In this document: positions 47,701-61,309 of the stretch, in pieces | Position numbering within the stretch: position 1 is the first letter of the stretch | Layout of the letters: each line of letters starts with the position of its first letter | DNA from: Adineta vaga | Taxonomy: Eukaryota; Animalia; Rotifera | Direction of reading: 5' to 3' | Assembly (NCBI GenBank): GCA_021613535.1 | Contig: CP075497.1 | Coordinates: forward strand, 13,268,001 to 13,332,000 | Length of the DNA stretch: 64,000 nucleotides | Translations under genes and position numbers: made by a program | Notes under the pieces: generated by a model | Seen by the model: only the letters and a program-made list of their open reading frames with translations | Database searches by the model: none | Told to the model about the DNA's origin: nothing

Positions 47701-48515
47701 ATATATAAAATAAAGAAAAACACATTATAGAAGATGTGGGTGAGGATGTTGTTATTGTCTTCAACCACATTCACATCCTTAATAAAACTTTCGCTACTAA
47801 CATTACACTTCGTGTCTATATTATTTTAATTGAAACGTTTTGGATAAACTTTTCTTCCGATATTGATTTACTCAAAACACTGGAAAAGAAATTTCTCACT
47901 AATTTTTGTCAAGAAAAAAAAGAATTTTCTCCGTCTTTTTTATTCATTATATAACGTAGAACAACGTTAGAATCATAAAGATGTCCATGGCGACGCTATC
48001 GCGACAGTGACAGTAGCTTCGATTTAAATGACTAAAGTGCTTGAAAAACTAGAGATTCTAAAAATACCATCGCGACAGACATCTCTCATTAGAATACAGT
48101 TAAAATATATGACAAAAACTAAATGTAGTTACTTTCGTTTTCTTATATATAGATGAAAATATCTTTTCTAAATTTTATTCGGCTAAAATATTTATATACA
48201 ATTTCTTTCTTCTATATGTATGTATTTCAATAAACCCTGTTTTTCCTTTTCTTCTGATAGTGCAGTAGAACTATATACAACGGTAGATTTAAGATATTTC
48301 TGACGGAATGTTATCACATCCAACGCACCCTGCTAAATTTGATATAAATTATTGTTTTTTGCACATTTCAAATTAGAACCTTTGAATGGTCTTTTAGAAT
48401 AATTTATTCCTGATAATCTACTTATCAAATATATTTTCTATCTGAAATATCATGTCGCATGAAAGATTTCTCTTCTAGAATGACCTATATAACTCTTAAA
48501 ACTTAACTAATCATA

Positions 48516-49091
48516 ATGTATTCGTTTCGAACGATCATTCGTTTTATCATCTGTGATCCCTCGCAGTCACTCTGTATTGCGTATGTTTATGTCAATAGAA
48601 AGTACTTGTTACAGTCCTCTACCAAAATTAGATATTCAAATTCCAGAGCGACCAGAAGAGCTTTGTGCTCATCCACATATATTCATGAAATACATAAATA
48701 ATATATATATATATATAATCAGTTCAGTAATTATTCAAACGAATTAACAAGAGCAATGGAACGATCACATTTAGAAATAGATCATAAGCGTGTATATCAA
48801 GTTCAAATGTTAACTGCAGACTATTTCAAAGTCACGAATCGATTTCATTTACGTAGTGCAATAGAATTTATTCGTGAAAATAAACTCAGATCACAGCCTT
48901 CATCAACAGTACAATTACCAATTGATGAATTATTGGAAATGTTGTTAAAAGAAGAAAGCTTTTATAATGAATTTAACGCAGCAACAAAAGACAACAATCT
49001 GAATTGTAAGGATACTAGACGTGCTCTTATTGGTCTCTATCATTCACTCAGTCAGCATGCTCATGGTACAAACACATTTGACAATATATGA
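48516..49091 (+). CDS. Uncharacterised protein or gene remnant
   Basis: 111-aa ORF with protein-like composition (LRSAIEFIR...LYHSLSQHAHG), plus a broken upstream ORF. No family recognised. Confidence 0.35.
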
Positions 49092-49729
49092 ATAATCAAA
49101 GCAACATCAGTTCGTATCTATATAATCTTTCTTCGATTAGTCATGGTTATTAAACACGAGTCATTTTATTTCTTTTACATGGATCTAAATTCTGTCTGCT
49201 TTTTTTATTGTAACCAAAGTAGTGATCAAGAGTATGGATATATGAGTATTCTTCTAGCATATTCTCTCATTTTTACTGAATATTTGCAATCGATGTAATT
49301 TTACTATTGGTTTAATTAATATGTAGTTATTTTTATTGATTTTGTTCAATACATTCATTTCTTCTTTGATCAAATAACAAACAACTGTTCATGTTAAGAA
49401 TACTCCGATAATCAGACTTCAATATTAGTATCAAAGTTTTTGATTTTATCATTATTTTCATCTACAATACAGAGATTATCTTTCCGATATGACGATATAT
49501 TTGATAAACTCTAAAAACATTTTAGCTGTGGTTGAAAAGATTCTAAGATCGGTATAAATGTAAATATGCGGATCCATTAACCATATACATTACTTTTCGA
49601 TTTATAGGAACAGAATTTCTAAAATGCAAATAATGTACTTTAGACATTAGTTTGAAATATTCCTAAGTAAGTAAGTTAGATTAATTGACTTTTGTTTTCA
49701 TCTTAATTACAATTTCGAATTCAATTTAT

Positions 49730-50925
49730 GACAACAATAATAATAACGGAGCAATGATGACAATAATAGTGATAAGAACAAGAGTATATAGAATAACTAA
49801 TTGTTTGTAATTTAATTGATTAAATATTAAATGTTGATATACAAATTCTAAGAATTCTTCAATAAGAGTCGCTGCTCGAGTAGTACCACCAGCAGAACGA
49901 AATAATCTTGTAATTCGATGTGCATCTGCATAGAAATGATTTAATCTTTTGAAATCATTTGGATTTGGATGTATTATATGATTATCATCATTAATATTAA
50001 TAGTAATATTTTCTTATTATAACGATATTTGTTCTTGTAATAATGTTAATTTCAAATTCCATCCTAAATGCATTAATCCATCTCCAACTTTTAATACTCT
50101 TAATCTATTATCAGCATAATGATCTATATATAATGTTAATGGTATAATTAACATAGGTTTGTTGAAGATTAAAGATTCAACAATACTATTAAAACTTCCA
50201 TGAGAAATAAATAAAATAACATTGTTATGTTTTTATATTTCTATTTCTAGTAAATAAGATGAATAACGAACATTTGATAATTGATTTATATTTGTTTTTT
50301 TCTAAAAATTAATGATATAATTTATCCACTGATCATAAATATCTTAATGATTTATTTCGTTTTGTTAGTGCTATATGTATAGTCTGAATTTGTTCAAAAA
50401 TAAGGACCATTTAGAAAATGAGATGGTAAAATTGGATGTGAAAAATCTAAATCAATTGATGAGTGAAATATCAATCGAATGTTTTTATTCACGAACACCA
50501 AAATGATGACGTTGAATATTGATCCATTCTAATGCAATAAAATCTGATGAAATACTCTGAAATAAACGCATGAAACTATTTCTAATCATTAGATATAGTC
50601 ATTGATTGACCACGCCATGTTCCTACTGCTGGTATATGAAATTTTTCTGCTAAAATAAAATCAGCTTTTGTGAACATATCACTAGAATTGGATATGTTTC
50701 TAAAAAGTCATACAATGGAGCAGATCAGAGAAATAAACGTATTTCTATAAGAGTATCATGATCTACAGAATCAGGAATTATCATATGATCACCCTCGACA
50801 GATTCCTGACATATTGCTATTACAGGAACAACATGTGAGTCAGGTAGTGATGTGCATAATATATAATATTGATCTTATAATTGATAATGTTTAAAATTAA
50901 ATGAAAACGAGATGCACTAAGATTA
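49730..50925 (-). pseudogene. UDP-glycosyltransferase (GT1/UGT) pseudogene
   Basis: Minus-strand fragments: N-terminal LCTSLPDSHVVPVIAICQE (~50870-50805), the UGT signature HNNVILFISHGSFNSIVESLIFNKPMLIIP (~50229-50140), and FRSAGGTTRAATLIEEFL. Many indels and stops; absent from the ORF track. Confidence 0.8.
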
Positions 50926-51799
50926 CTTTAAACAATTTTAGGAATGTTAATTCTACTTGCTTTTTGTGCATAGTGTTCATCAACAGATAATAACTGGAGA
51001 AAGTGAATAAGTAGATCAAAATCGATAAATTCATAATCAAAATGTCTGTAATTGGAAAATAAATGGAAATGAAAAGATATGAATAGTAGAAATTTGTAAA
51101 TCAGAATTCTATACGCAAAAAATACAATAATACCAATATTACATCGATATTGTCACATTTCTACTGTACACAAGACGACTATATGAATCGTCTTATCGCG
51201 TTTTAATATCTAAATGGTGGCCGTTGTATTCATTTACTGGTTGTGCAAGCCAATGCTGTTTTTTTTTCGTTTTTCACTCGATATGAAAAATTCAAGTGAT
51301 GTGCAAATAAATGTTTCAAAGGAAGGACAGAACAAATAAAAGTGCGCTCGTTACCTGCATTTTTTCGAAGAACGTGTAAAAACACAACATGTCCTTGTAT
51401 TGCGTATTGTGTTCTCCATTCATAAATAAGAAAAATTCGCAGCGTAGAAGTCGAAGCTTACATACATTTTTTCCAAGTAAAATGCTCTTTCGCGAGCCCA
51501 ACTCTTAAGAACATATGCGATCAGATTATAACCATAGACGATTATTCAAACCACCAATATTCAGGTCAGATTTTTTACATATTTAAACAATTTTTGTGTG
51601 CACAAAAAGTGAGTACGCTATAGAATCGGTCAACGTGTCCGGCGGTTTATTTAGGCAATAATTCCTGAAAGGCTAATCCAATTCTCACAAAATTTTCTTC
51701 GTAGCATTTTCTCATCAATATTTTACTCGAGTTTGAAGAAAAACTCAATCGATTGTATCATTATTGACTTAAAGAAAAAATTCCATATACGCTATAGAC

Positions 51800-51950
51800 A
51801 TAAAGAGGAAAAGTTTGTTTGCTTGCCTGTCTGTTCGCTATCTCAGTTCCTGCAGTAGCTATTGCCACCAAACTTCCCACCATAGTTGTTTAGGTCTAGG
51901 GAAGGTTCGATAGGGGATACCTGGGTGAAATTTCACCCAAATCATCTCGG
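51800..51950 (+). mobile_element. Helitron-like element, 5' fragment
   Basis: taaagaggaaaagtttgtttgcttgcctgtctgttcgct...ccaaactt...ctagg...cctgggtgaaatttcaccca is the reverse complement of the copies at 33250-33410 and 57750-57923. Confidence 0.65.
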
Positions 51951-53020
51951 TATTATTAATCCTTAAAAGCCGAAGAGGGTTCTTGTGATGTTGAGGAAGA
52001 ATCGATCACATAAATACAGATTCTAGACCCTCAATATGCACATACGTTGGTTGGAACTGCTGGGTGTGACCAAAAGATTTTTCTACCCAGATGGTCTGGG
52101 TGAAGTATGATCTTGCCCGTAAAATGGCACATATTTTAGAACGTTAGAAAACCTTAGTAAAAGAGTCAAAAACGTACAAAGTTGTTCTATACTATAGTTC
52201 AAGATTATTTCTAATGATCTCACTCAAAATCTATATTGTGTATATCATGAGATAGAATAACAAAAAAATCAGTAGACAATTTTTAAATTTTCCAGAATGT
52301 TAGTGCATTGTTGACATAAATGGATGAGATAAATAAGTTTCAATAAGTACTGTAGTAGAACTAAAGTTCTGAAAAACGTCTGGCAGCACGTTATCTTCAA
52401 GGATACTCGCAGCTACATCTTCTATCGATTTTTAACATTTAAAGTTTTTAACCGTTGGACGGTTTTTGTGGGTCTAATGCGCCTCTTCACACTATTTTTC
52501 ATTGTTTTGTACATAAAGATCCAAGGGGGAAAAAGCGATTTATGATTTATTGATTTAAAATGAGTTTAGCTGATTTATTTGATTTAGTTGACTCAAAACT
52601 GATTTAAAGTGATTTAAAAATCACGTCAATCAGGCGTCGTGAAACGGTTTTACAGGGATATAGAACTACTATTTTCCGTGCAGACGTAATGAGGTTATAT
52701 TGAATGATGATAGTTTCTTATCGAGCTAGTCTAGTAGGCCATTGGTGCAATAATCAGTCAATTAGTTCACATAGAAAACGTAATATACTCAAGGATTTAC
52801 ATGCTACAATTTGTTTTATGCAGTGTATGATTTATATATAAGAAATTATTCAACTCGAAGTATTCTTTTGCTTTTTCATTAACAAATTAACTGTAGTGTA
52901 TATAGTTAGAATTGCAATATTTGAATCTTTGTTCGTTACATCAAATGATGGGATAGGAAAATAGAACGATCATTTTTTTATTATGCAAATAGTTGGTATA
53001 TGTTTAGAAGAATAAAAAAC

Positions 53021-55795
53021 CTATTTCTCTTGAACTCTAATTGATCGATCAGATGATAAATTAGGTTTGATTTTTGAGAAATACCAATTGGCTGCTTGCT
53101 TATGCATGTACTTTTTCTCTCCATTTATTTCAATAGGAAAGAACGATTCAGTTTGATGCGTATTGATGGAATCAAAGATCCGCATTCCATGAAATGTCGA
53201 ATTGGATACATTCGAAAAATAATCAGCAAATGATTCATCATCAGACATCAGCTCATCCATATCACCGTTATGTTTGTCCCACTAAATTGCTTCTGACTTA
53301 GATATTTCTTCAAGCATCTTCAACTTCATCTTGTTGTTCACTAATCGACTGATCATCTCTTTTACTAAAAGCTTTGCATTGTGACCTGGTTAACTTTTGA
53401 TTAGCTAAAACGATTAACTTCTTTCAAAACGATATAGTTTTACCATTAGGATTAAGAATCGATAAGTTGCAACCATAAGAAATTTGACTAGCTCGAATAT
53501 AAGCATATATACTGTCTCTTTCAATTAGTCGTTCAGTAATGACGGTCGTTGTGTTCATTGCTGATAATTGACGTGTTTTTTGTGATTATTTATGATGTAT
53601 TGGAAAGACAAGATTGTTAGTACCTGAATCAGATGAGCATTTAGTATTTCGAAGAGCGTTCAGTTTCTCAACATGTTGAAGAAATTCGTTGACGGAAAAG
53701 TTCACGCCGGTGGAGAATGGACCTGACATTGATCGTGCTGAGCGAAAAACATCTTCACATATCTGTGAATTGAATAGTGATATATTTCGAGCTTCTTCAG
53801 TTATTATTTTCTCTGTGACAAGAACCACCAAGTATGTCAAGGTGTGAACATTCAGTTCTAGTGAGAAAAGAGCTGGTACGGTGATAAAGAGTCCTGGTTT
53901 TGAAATAGATTTCATGGAATTTTACGGTAATAAATGCGAGATTATTCTTTGGGTTTCAATGTAGTCGGTTATTTCTAGCCATGAAATCCAGAGACGAACT
54001 ATAAATACAGCAGTCCACGAGTAATATAATCGATCAATAATACTTGTTTGTGTTTCGACGAATGCCAAATGAACAAGCCGAATTAGCTATTATTAAAGAA
54101 AAAATATTCAGATATTGAATAGAAATTGAGAGAGGAAAGAAACGGTAACTTAAATATCTTATATTTACACTAGTTTAAACGTCTAAAAACGTAACATGTT
54201 GCTACTCGAGGAGTTATACAAAGATAGAAATCAACAAAATCGTACTTGAAGATAAACTTGTAATGCTTCAGAATTTGGAATTTTTTTAAACAAACTAAGA
54301 ACATTTTCATCTGAAATTTTCTCGCAAGAAGAATAATTTTGTTTATCATTTTGAAGTACATCTGAAACTGTTAAAGCATATGATCAAGTTTTGCATAGTT
54401 GTTGATTAATTCTAAAAGATAATCAACACTTGCACATTTGTCGCCTATTAACAATATAATAGCAGGAGCTAAAAGACGATTACGAAGTTTTGTACAAATT
54501 TGCACGGCATCTTGACAGCAAAGGAACAGTTGTTTTGGTTTAAGAAAGAACCATGAAGTGTTCTAAAATAATATGAAAAGAAAATAATCAGAAGATTAAT
54601 GAAAGTATTAAAACATGAGTTTTAAAGTTCTATTGCGCTGTAATAGTCTACTAACTTTTAATAATGAAATATTGAAAAGATGTTGATGATTTTCCAATTG
54701 TACTTTTGATTTTGAAAAAAAAACCCATAACATTACGCATAGCATTGAGACCTCTTGGATCACAATCGGTCGAGAACCCTAATATTCTTATTTTACGTTC
54801 AAGACAGAGATCGAATATTTCCAACCATCGTTGAAGAATATCCTGTTCTGTAAATTTTCCATTTTTCCCAAAAGCTGAGAGAATAAACGATGATGGTGGA
54901 GTTGAATACGATGAGCAATGGTTGTACAACAAAGTACGTTGAGAATGGACCTGACATTATCGTTGAGCCATTTCCAGTCAATGAATCAGTGAAAATAGTG
55001 ATTATTATAAGTGAAGTGTAACTCTACAAGAACAGTTGGAGTGAACATCATAATGTACTTTTGGTATAACACCAGTACAGTCTTCTCCAACGAATGCGTA
55101 CGTACACTTAAAAGAATCCATATAATTCTTCAGGCGATCAAAGTAAAATTCACCTTCCACATACTGATTCTTTTCAGATGTAATTCCGGCACGAAGAGTA
55201 GGTATACTAGGTACAGATCCAACTAAGTTGATACGTACAAATTCGTACACGGTTCTTCCGCCCATTATGTAAAGACATGTGGCGAAATCCTTGACCGATT
55301 GTTTATAACGATATGTTTTTTGTTCGTGTTAAACTAGAAATGATGTTCGAAATAAGATCAAGCAGAAAATCAGGTATTAAGTTCGATTTCACAGCAATAT
55401 AAAGATCAGTTCAAAACGAATATCTTCGGATTACATCAGATGATATCGTCAAGGCTTAGAGTTGCTGTGAATTTAGTAGATGAAGAAGACAAACAGAGTG
55501 TATGAATAAATTTGTTTAGTTTCAAACGAATTCCGGGCATAACGAAGAACGAATAATTACTAAATTAATCTTTACTTGGAGAACCCAGTATTTCTTTGAG
55601 TGCTTCGGTTCGATCAGATTCGAAGTGTAGAATGGAAAAGACGTCGTAGACTTCAAGTAAATTCATTGAGCTATCAATCAATTGGAATTTTAGTAATGCT
55701 ATTGCTTCATCACCACAGAATTGTCTAACAATGTTGTAAAATGAATCTCCAGAAAGCAAGAGAGAATCTGCTGGTAGTGAAAATGTCAGCTGCAT
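53021..55795 (-). mobile_element. Decayed P-element/THAP9-like DDE transposase gene
   Basis: Fragments in order: GGRTVYEFVRINL..PSIPTL, VGEDCTGVIP, GFSTDCDPRGLNAM, FLCCQDAVQICTKLRNRLL (cf. D-x2-H-x2-K-x-RN), FNSQICEDVFRSARSMSG (cf. SQD-x-LE-x2-F), and HKQAANW...LSSDRSIRV. Many frameshifts and stops. Confidence 0.75.
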
Positions 55796-55819
55796 TAAGA
55801 AGAACACAGAGAAGTTTAA

Positions 55820-57923
55820 TAAATGTTTTTCATCTATTGCAACAGTGCTTTACGATTCTCGTCAACCACCGGACCTTCTGTTGGTATTCACCCTTCCTGT
55901 ATCAAAAATCCCTCACACCCTCTTTTCCTGCTCTGCCTCAGCTACTGTAATCCTTCAGGTCGCCACTCAGCGCGAGTTACCTGTCTTTCACACGTCTTTC
56001 TCCTCCGTACTGAAATCCTCCTATATCCCTTTTCACGTCATGCATCAGGTCTTTTTTTCAGAACTTTTCGCATCTCTTCATTAATTCTTTCCTACTGGTC
56101 TTGTCTCGCTGTGCATACGACGTACAGCTCTGTTCCTTTTAAATCCACTCCTACTCTCCCGCTGCAACTTCAGTCCCGTTCTACACTCACTATCCCGCTG
56201 CAATTCCCACCCCTCGATAGATCTGTCTATTCTCAGACGCTCGCTGCAAGTCATTCTCTAGTTCATAACCTTCACTTCGACTCCGTACAGTTAGAGTAGT
56301 CATTTCACTTCAGATTCAGTTTCAGAGAACCCAACTTTTATTGGTATTGGATGCATACGATCTATTCTAACATATATGTCCTACCGATTGGTTTGGTCAT
56401 TCTAGAAATGATGTTCGAAAGATCAGCAGACAAATCCTTTATATATAGATGATATTCTAAAATCGAATCATGAAAAATTGTGGCTGTGTTATTTAAATGG
56501 ATGAAGAATATGAAAATTTGATTTCATAACTATTACAAGACTAGTCTACACCACCCATTCGGTTCGACATGTAGAATGGAAAAGACATCTCATGATATCA
56601 AGACCTTCTCATACCTAGGGAAAAGAATGGAAGAGAAAACATTATAATTAAAATGCAGCGAACAGACAGAAAACAAACTTTCTTCTTTATATATATATAG
56701 ATACTAGCGGAGATACCCGCTGCAAAAACGACATAATTTACGTTTTCTATCTACAGCAGTGCTTTTCTTAGCACCCACAGGACCGCTCCGTTCGTATTTA
56801 TCCGTCGTGTATCAAAAATCCTCACACCCTCCTTCGCCACCCTGACTTAGTTAGTGTAATCTCTCAGGTCGTCACTCAGCGTACGTTACCTGTCTTCCAC
56901 ACGTCTTTTCTCCTCCGTACTGAGATCCTTCCTATATCCCTTTTTCGCGTCATGCACCAGGTCTTTTTTTTTCAAAAACTTCGATCTCTTCATTCGTTTC
57001 TTTCCTACTGATCTTGTCTCGCTTGCATACGATATACAGCTCTGCTCCTTTTAAAATCCACTCCTACTGTTGCCTGCAAGTCATTCTTTACTCTTCACTA
57101 CTCTATACAGGTAGAGTGCAGACGAACCCACCCACGCTTTGTAGTTGTCTATCCTAAGATGCTGCTCCTACCCCCATTTCTATATGCCATCTTGAGAGCG
57201 AAATTTCACACACGCCGCCACCCCGTCCCTTGATGGCCATTCCTAACCCCTTGTCGACCTTCCTCTGGATCGAGAGAAGCATTGTGGAAAGTTTGGTGAC
57301 GTTGCTGTTTCGCAGGGAATAACGAACAAACTTTGATAGATAGATAGATAGATATAGATTAAAGAACTTTAATTGTTTTATTGCAGAAATGTTCTCAAAT
57401 AAGAAAAACTCAAAAACTGGAGCACATTCTGTACGTTTCTACCAAAATAACGACAATTGAAATTCAATACGACTTTGAAATTTCACCCAGACACGCGATT
57501 CCCGTCAAATAATATATTTTGATACGGAACGTGTAAATTATCGTAGATGTGCGCTCAGGAACGCGCCTGCGGCCGCGCCTTCGCTATCAATTATTTAAAG
57601 TTTTTGAAATGCAATTCGATTGGTCAGATAGATTGCCCGTAGGAAGCCGTAGAATTCTTTTTTTATTAAAACAAAGAAATGTCGACTTTCCAACGTGGGC
57701 CTAGAAGAAGCATTTGGAAAGTTTGGGAATGTTAGCTATCATTGAACTGCCTGGGTGAAATTTCACCCACGCTCCCCACCCTCACCCCTGATGACCATTC
57801 TACCCTATGTCGACCTTTCCTAGGACCTAAGAAGCATCGTAGAAAGTTTGGTGACGATAGCTATTACAGGGACTGAATGGCATTAGACGACAAACAGACA
57901 GACAAACTTTCATTTTTATATAG
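55820..57923 (-). mobile_element. Tandem cluster of non-autonomous Helitron-like copies
   Basis: The most complete copy is 56703-57359: 5' atctatatctatctatc, 3' hairpin gcgggtatctccgc + tagt (CTAG end). Its pyrimidine-rich interior (56790-57080) is duplicated at 55850-56260. Further 5' ends (…caaactttc…tttatatatagat on +) lie at ~56450, ~56702 and ~57923. Confidence 0.7.
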
Positions 57924-58094
57924 CTATGTGCACATATTTTGGAAAATGCATTATAGCATATGTTAAAAATGTTGAAGTTACAAATTAGAAGAATCAATAT
58001 ATAGTGACGGGTCATGAAATCTATTATTTTTTTTAACTCTCTTCAATTGTTAATAAAAAGAAGATCGTCTCCGGTATGTAACTCACTTTTCGAC

Positions 58095-59120
58095 GTTTTT
58101 CATTTTATAAACAGTTCATAATAGTGTTGTTTTTCATCTCAGACTACATCACTATGTTCTTATTAATAAAGAGGATTACTTCAAATCATTACTGCAATCT
58201 CGACACTCTCGTTTCTCTGATAGAGGACACCTGCTGTCCTTTCAATTTGTAAAATCTCACCTGTTGTAAAGTTATAACATGTTTCAAATTCTTCTTTATA
58301 TTTATAATTTAACAAGTACAACATAAATCACTAAAATCAGTAAGTCAAGATTAATCAAAAAATTCAGAATTCTGTCAATGAAATATTCAAAATATGAAAT
58401 TGTAGAATGTAAAACTACATTCATGAGATTGAAACCTTTCAGACATTTATTCACCTTCAATATGATAGATGACGGAACGATATGATTTTTTCAGACGACT
58501 TCATATATTTTTTGATACATATAATCTATAATTGAACAATTTACGTTCATGCGATAGTAATTATTCAAAACATATAAAATTTAAAATTCAATATGTTTGT
58601 GAAATTTTGAATCTGTGGTAGTATCGACCGATTAGCCATAATTGATTTGGAATGTTCAAGAATTATATGAACTAAATTAAATACATATATTTCAGTAAAT
58701 TCTTTTTGATAATACCATTGTGGATAGATTGTAAAGTCGTTGAATACATCCACATATGACCTAGGAATTCATGTAGATTTGTTCGATGCTATCAACTCAC
58801 TGATTGAAATATGTGAAATTGTGGAAGAATCAACCGTATCATTTTGGTTTCTTTGTTGTTAATTTTGGAGATTTCTTCGACATTTTGAACGAAGCGAACA
58901 AACAGACAGACAAACTGTTCATTTTATATATTAAAAATCAGATCATATTTTCAGTTGTATTGAAATTTTGACATGAATTATAAATCGATATGACGTTGAA
59001 ATAAGAATTATTTTTAAATTCTATATGTAATTTCAACAAATTGTAAACTTTTCATTTTCATCAAACAGTTCATGTGTTGTTTTCATTCAGACTACATCAC
59101 TATGTTCTTAGTTAATAAAT
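58095..59120. repeat. Direct repeat of about 75 bp (58095-58170 and 59048-59120)
   Basis: ttttcatttt..aaacagttcat..gtgttgtttttca..cagactacatcactatgttctta.ttaataaa occurs twice, each copy downstream of a Helitron-like end (57890-57923; 58895-58932). Confidence 0.75.
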
Positions 59121-60289
59121 AAATAAGAGGCGACTGAATAAAACGAAAGTTAGGATGAAAATGAATATGCGACAACGAGGCGAGCAAAAGAAAATTTTTT
59201 TTCTTCCTTCTCTATATCTCCGTCTTATAGTGGTAAGACAAATCGAAGACAATTCTTTCTCTTTCCGTCTTATTCGATTCTAAATATAAGAACAAAACGA
59301 AATTATATATGAAAATGTTCTATAGTTCCAGAAAGCACATGTTCGTCATAAATTCTCTTTGTGTTATACATATGCCTTTTATTATTGTTAGGCCTTCTTT
59401 CTGTCATTTCTGTCATCTTGGAAATTATTATAAGCTGATGTATAATGCATATCGGTATATGCGAGAAAATCTGTGCGTCTGTGATCTAACCATATACCTA
59501 TATGTTATTCATCTTATACACATTTTGATGTTAGAACTAATGCAATTGTATGCACACACAAAATATAGCGATGAAGCTCTTCAATTCATCCTTATATAGC
59601 GTAAAACTGACATAAAACTAAAGATATTCTAACTGATTTAAATGTAGGCCTCATTAGACCCACACAAAACGTTTCGTGTAACAAAATGAGGATACCGTAC
59701 GAGCGTTAATGATAATAAGTTTTTAATTTGACTGTTATTCTACCATAGTCAAATATCTTTTCTTGGCGAGCATGAAAAAAAGTCGGTTCCAGTTGAGACT
59801 AGCACGTTTAACTTACGTCGAAAATGTATTTACAGCTTAAAGTCTGACTTTGACTTTAAACTTCAACTGCTACATTACATAAAGTGTAAAGTGCATAATG
59901 TTTTCACTGTAGGTGTAACTTTCAAGGCAAAGTTAAAGTATATATGATCTCTTGTTTCAAATCGATTTTTTTTTCACTCTTTGAAGTACACATTAGAGTC
60001 AGATTTCAAACTGAGTTTTAATCATTTGTTATAGCTTTGTTTCGTCTTTTCTAATCATTATCGTACGTACGATTTTCAGATCTTTGAAATTTCAACACAT
60101 GTTTTCTGCAAAATTCCTTCCCAAAATATTCAATCTTTTGCACAATTACTTATTCATAAAATAAAACATTTGTTGTAGATTTTTACTATTCGCGGCAAAT
60201 CACACTATATCTCATAGACGAAACTAATAAATATAGTTTGATTATTAAAATTTTTATTATTCAAAGAAACATTTCATAATCTAATAAAT

Positions 60290-61111
60290 ATGGCAACATC
60301 AACTAGTGATAAATCAAAAGTAATGCTCCGAATGTCGGATTTAACATCGGAACCTAAACGAATGCTTCCACCTATCAAAGGCTACGAGAAAGAACCACTC
60401 GTCTCTATTGATGAAGCAATTCAACCGATCATTTCTGTTGTTGCTGATATTGAAGAAATGGTTTGGACTGTCAAACAAAATTGTCAAGAACCACGAGATA
60501 AACTTTCACTTGACGAAATGGCATCCATTATGTTATACACATTAGAATGGACGCCATCTGAAAGTTCGTTCTATTACATACTCAACAAAACGCTTCGTTC
60601 ACAAAATCGAAATGAGTTATTACCTTGGTTTCGTTATCTTCGTCTTTTCATGTTCGCTCTCTCGAAAGTTCAATCAACATTACATCGAATGGTTTATCGT
60701 GGAATTAAAATGGATATAAGCGCTGAATTTCCAGACGGCAAAACATTTATCTGGTGGGCATTTTCATCTGCAACATCTTCAATCAAAGTCTTAGAGCAGT
60801 TTCTTGGTACCACTGGCCATAGAACCATTTTCAATATTGAATGTGATTCTGCCAAAGATATATCACGATATTCATTTTATGAAAGTGAAAATGAAATTCT
60901 GATGTACCCAGCAAGACAATTCCAGGTTATTTCTACATTTAATTCTGGAAATCAATTGAAGATCGTGCATTTAAAAGAAATTCAACCCCCTTTCGCTCTT
61001 ATTCATATCCCGCAATCGCCATCAATTACTGCTGACGAAAAAACCAAAGAAACTGGAGCACATGCACCAAGTTATCATATTCCAGACACATATTCAGGTA
61101 AAACTTATTAA
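60290..61111 (+). CDS. NAD:arginine-type ADP-ribosyltransferase (ARTC, R-S-E); probably only the first exon
   Basis: ASIMLYT, LNKTLR, VYRGIK (R), WWAFSSAT (S), ENEIL (E-x-E). No signal peptide. Likely donor tcag|gtaaaa at 61097/61098. Confidence 0.85.
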   Translation: MATSTSDKSKVMLRMSDLTSEPKRMLPPIKGYEKEPLVSIDEAIQPIISVVADIEEMVWTVKQNCQEPRDKLSLDEMASIMLYTLEWTPSESSFYYILNKTLRSQNRNELLPWFRYLRLFMFALSKVQSTLHRMVYRGIKMDISAEFPDGKTFIWWAFSSATSSIKVLEQFLGTTGHRTIFNIECDSAKDISRYSFYESENEILMYPARQFQVISTFNSGNQLKIVHLKEIQPPFALIHIPQSPSITADEKTKETGAHAPSYHIPDTYSGKTY

Positions 61112-61309
61112 TATGAAAAGCTATATGATAGTTTATTGAACGATATGAATTATAATTAGGAGCAAAATAAAGAGGATAAAGTTCAAGAGAGAATTCGTTA
61201 AAAAAACAACTTAACATATAAATAGCGATATTTGAATTCTTTGTTTTGAAATGAAGTAGATAGTTTTGAAGAGCGTAAGAAGTTATGTTCAAAAATCTCA
61301 TTCGATATA

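Noticed and set aside
55741-56299. Plus-strand ORFs of 69-158 aa
   Set aside because: They lie in pyrimidine-rich Helitron interior; the duplicate at 56790-57080 has indels that break these frames.
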